64,000 nt of DNA from Mobula hypostoma (lineage: Eukaryota), in assembly GCF_963921235.1 (NCBI RefSeq), contig NC_086097.1, positions 238,578,001-238,642,000 of the forward strand, given 5' to 3'. Each line of letters begins with the position of its first letter. The first letter of the stretch is position 1. Positions 63,502 through 64,000 of the stretch are shown in pieces. The position numbers were made by a program, and so were the translations under genes. A model generated the notes under the pieces. The model was not told the DNA's origin and did not search any database. It saw only the letters and a program-made list of their open reading frames with translations.

Positions 63502-63712
63502 ACAAACAACAGGAATTCTGCAGATGCTGGAAATTCAAGCAACACACATCAAAGTTGCTGGTGAACGCAGCAGGCCAGGCGGCATCTCTAGGAAGAGGTA
63601 CAGTCGACTTTTCAGGCGACTGGAAGGGTCTCGGCCTGAAACGTCGACTGTACCTCTTCCTAGAGATGCCGCCTGGCCTGCTGCGTTCACCAGCAACTTT
63701 GATGTGTGTTGC
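63502..63712. mobile_element. Young palindromic Penelope-end derivative
   Basis: 14-bp TSD TTAAACATCTTACA (63488-63501, 63713-63726); inverted arms 63539-63617 and 63634-63712. Confidence 0.9.
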
Positions 63713-64000
63713 TTAAACATCTTACACTTCCCTACCTCAGGTAGTTATTGTACTTGGCTCAAATAAAGTGCCTACTCTGGCAATTTAAACATCTGATTCT
63801 GGAATCAATATGCCCTTGCAATTTTCAGATTAAAAACTGAACATCAGTGAGCACGTCTGGGATTTTTCATCCTACTTTTACAGTCTAAGGAAAGGCAAAC
63901 AATTTCTTGTAACACTCTGGGCCTGAAATACTTACCAATAAGCAAGACTTCAGAATAAAATTATTATTGCTTGCCATCCTTAGAAAACCAGCAAAGTTTG

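Noticed and set aside
1..64000. CRISPR array, prokaryotic operon or retron/DGR-type system
   Set aside because: No regularly spaced repeat-spacer array; all RTs are LINE or Gypsy type in a eukaryotic repeat context.

Overview
Repeat-dominated eukaryotic (vertebrate) DNA that looks intronic or intergenic. The repeat set (CR1 and Rex/Babar-type LINEs, Penelope-like elements, tRNA-derived SINEs, Tc1, hAT and Harbinger-like MITEs) suggests a cartilaginous fish such as a ray; this is inference. Nearly all long ORFs are decayed retrotransposon or transposase fragments, and I recognised no host gene; one non-repeat, CpG-retaining island at about 1.7-1.95 kb may be a terminal exon. The best-supported structures are four. 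(1) A full-length CsRn1/Kabuki-like Gypsy LTR retrotransposon (58051-62418) with 286-bp LTRs, GCAT TSD, tRNA-Trp-like PBS, CHCC gag and an intact -1 frameshift signal. (2) A full-length decayed Tc1 element (46315-47941). (3) Several nested insertions with readable TSDs. (4) Two Penelope-like families whose ends carry minimal hammerhead-ribozyme motifs, plus short palindromic derivatives with 13-14 bp TSDs. I found no convincing evidence for a wholly new biological system. Boundaries given without TSD or TIR evidence are approximate.
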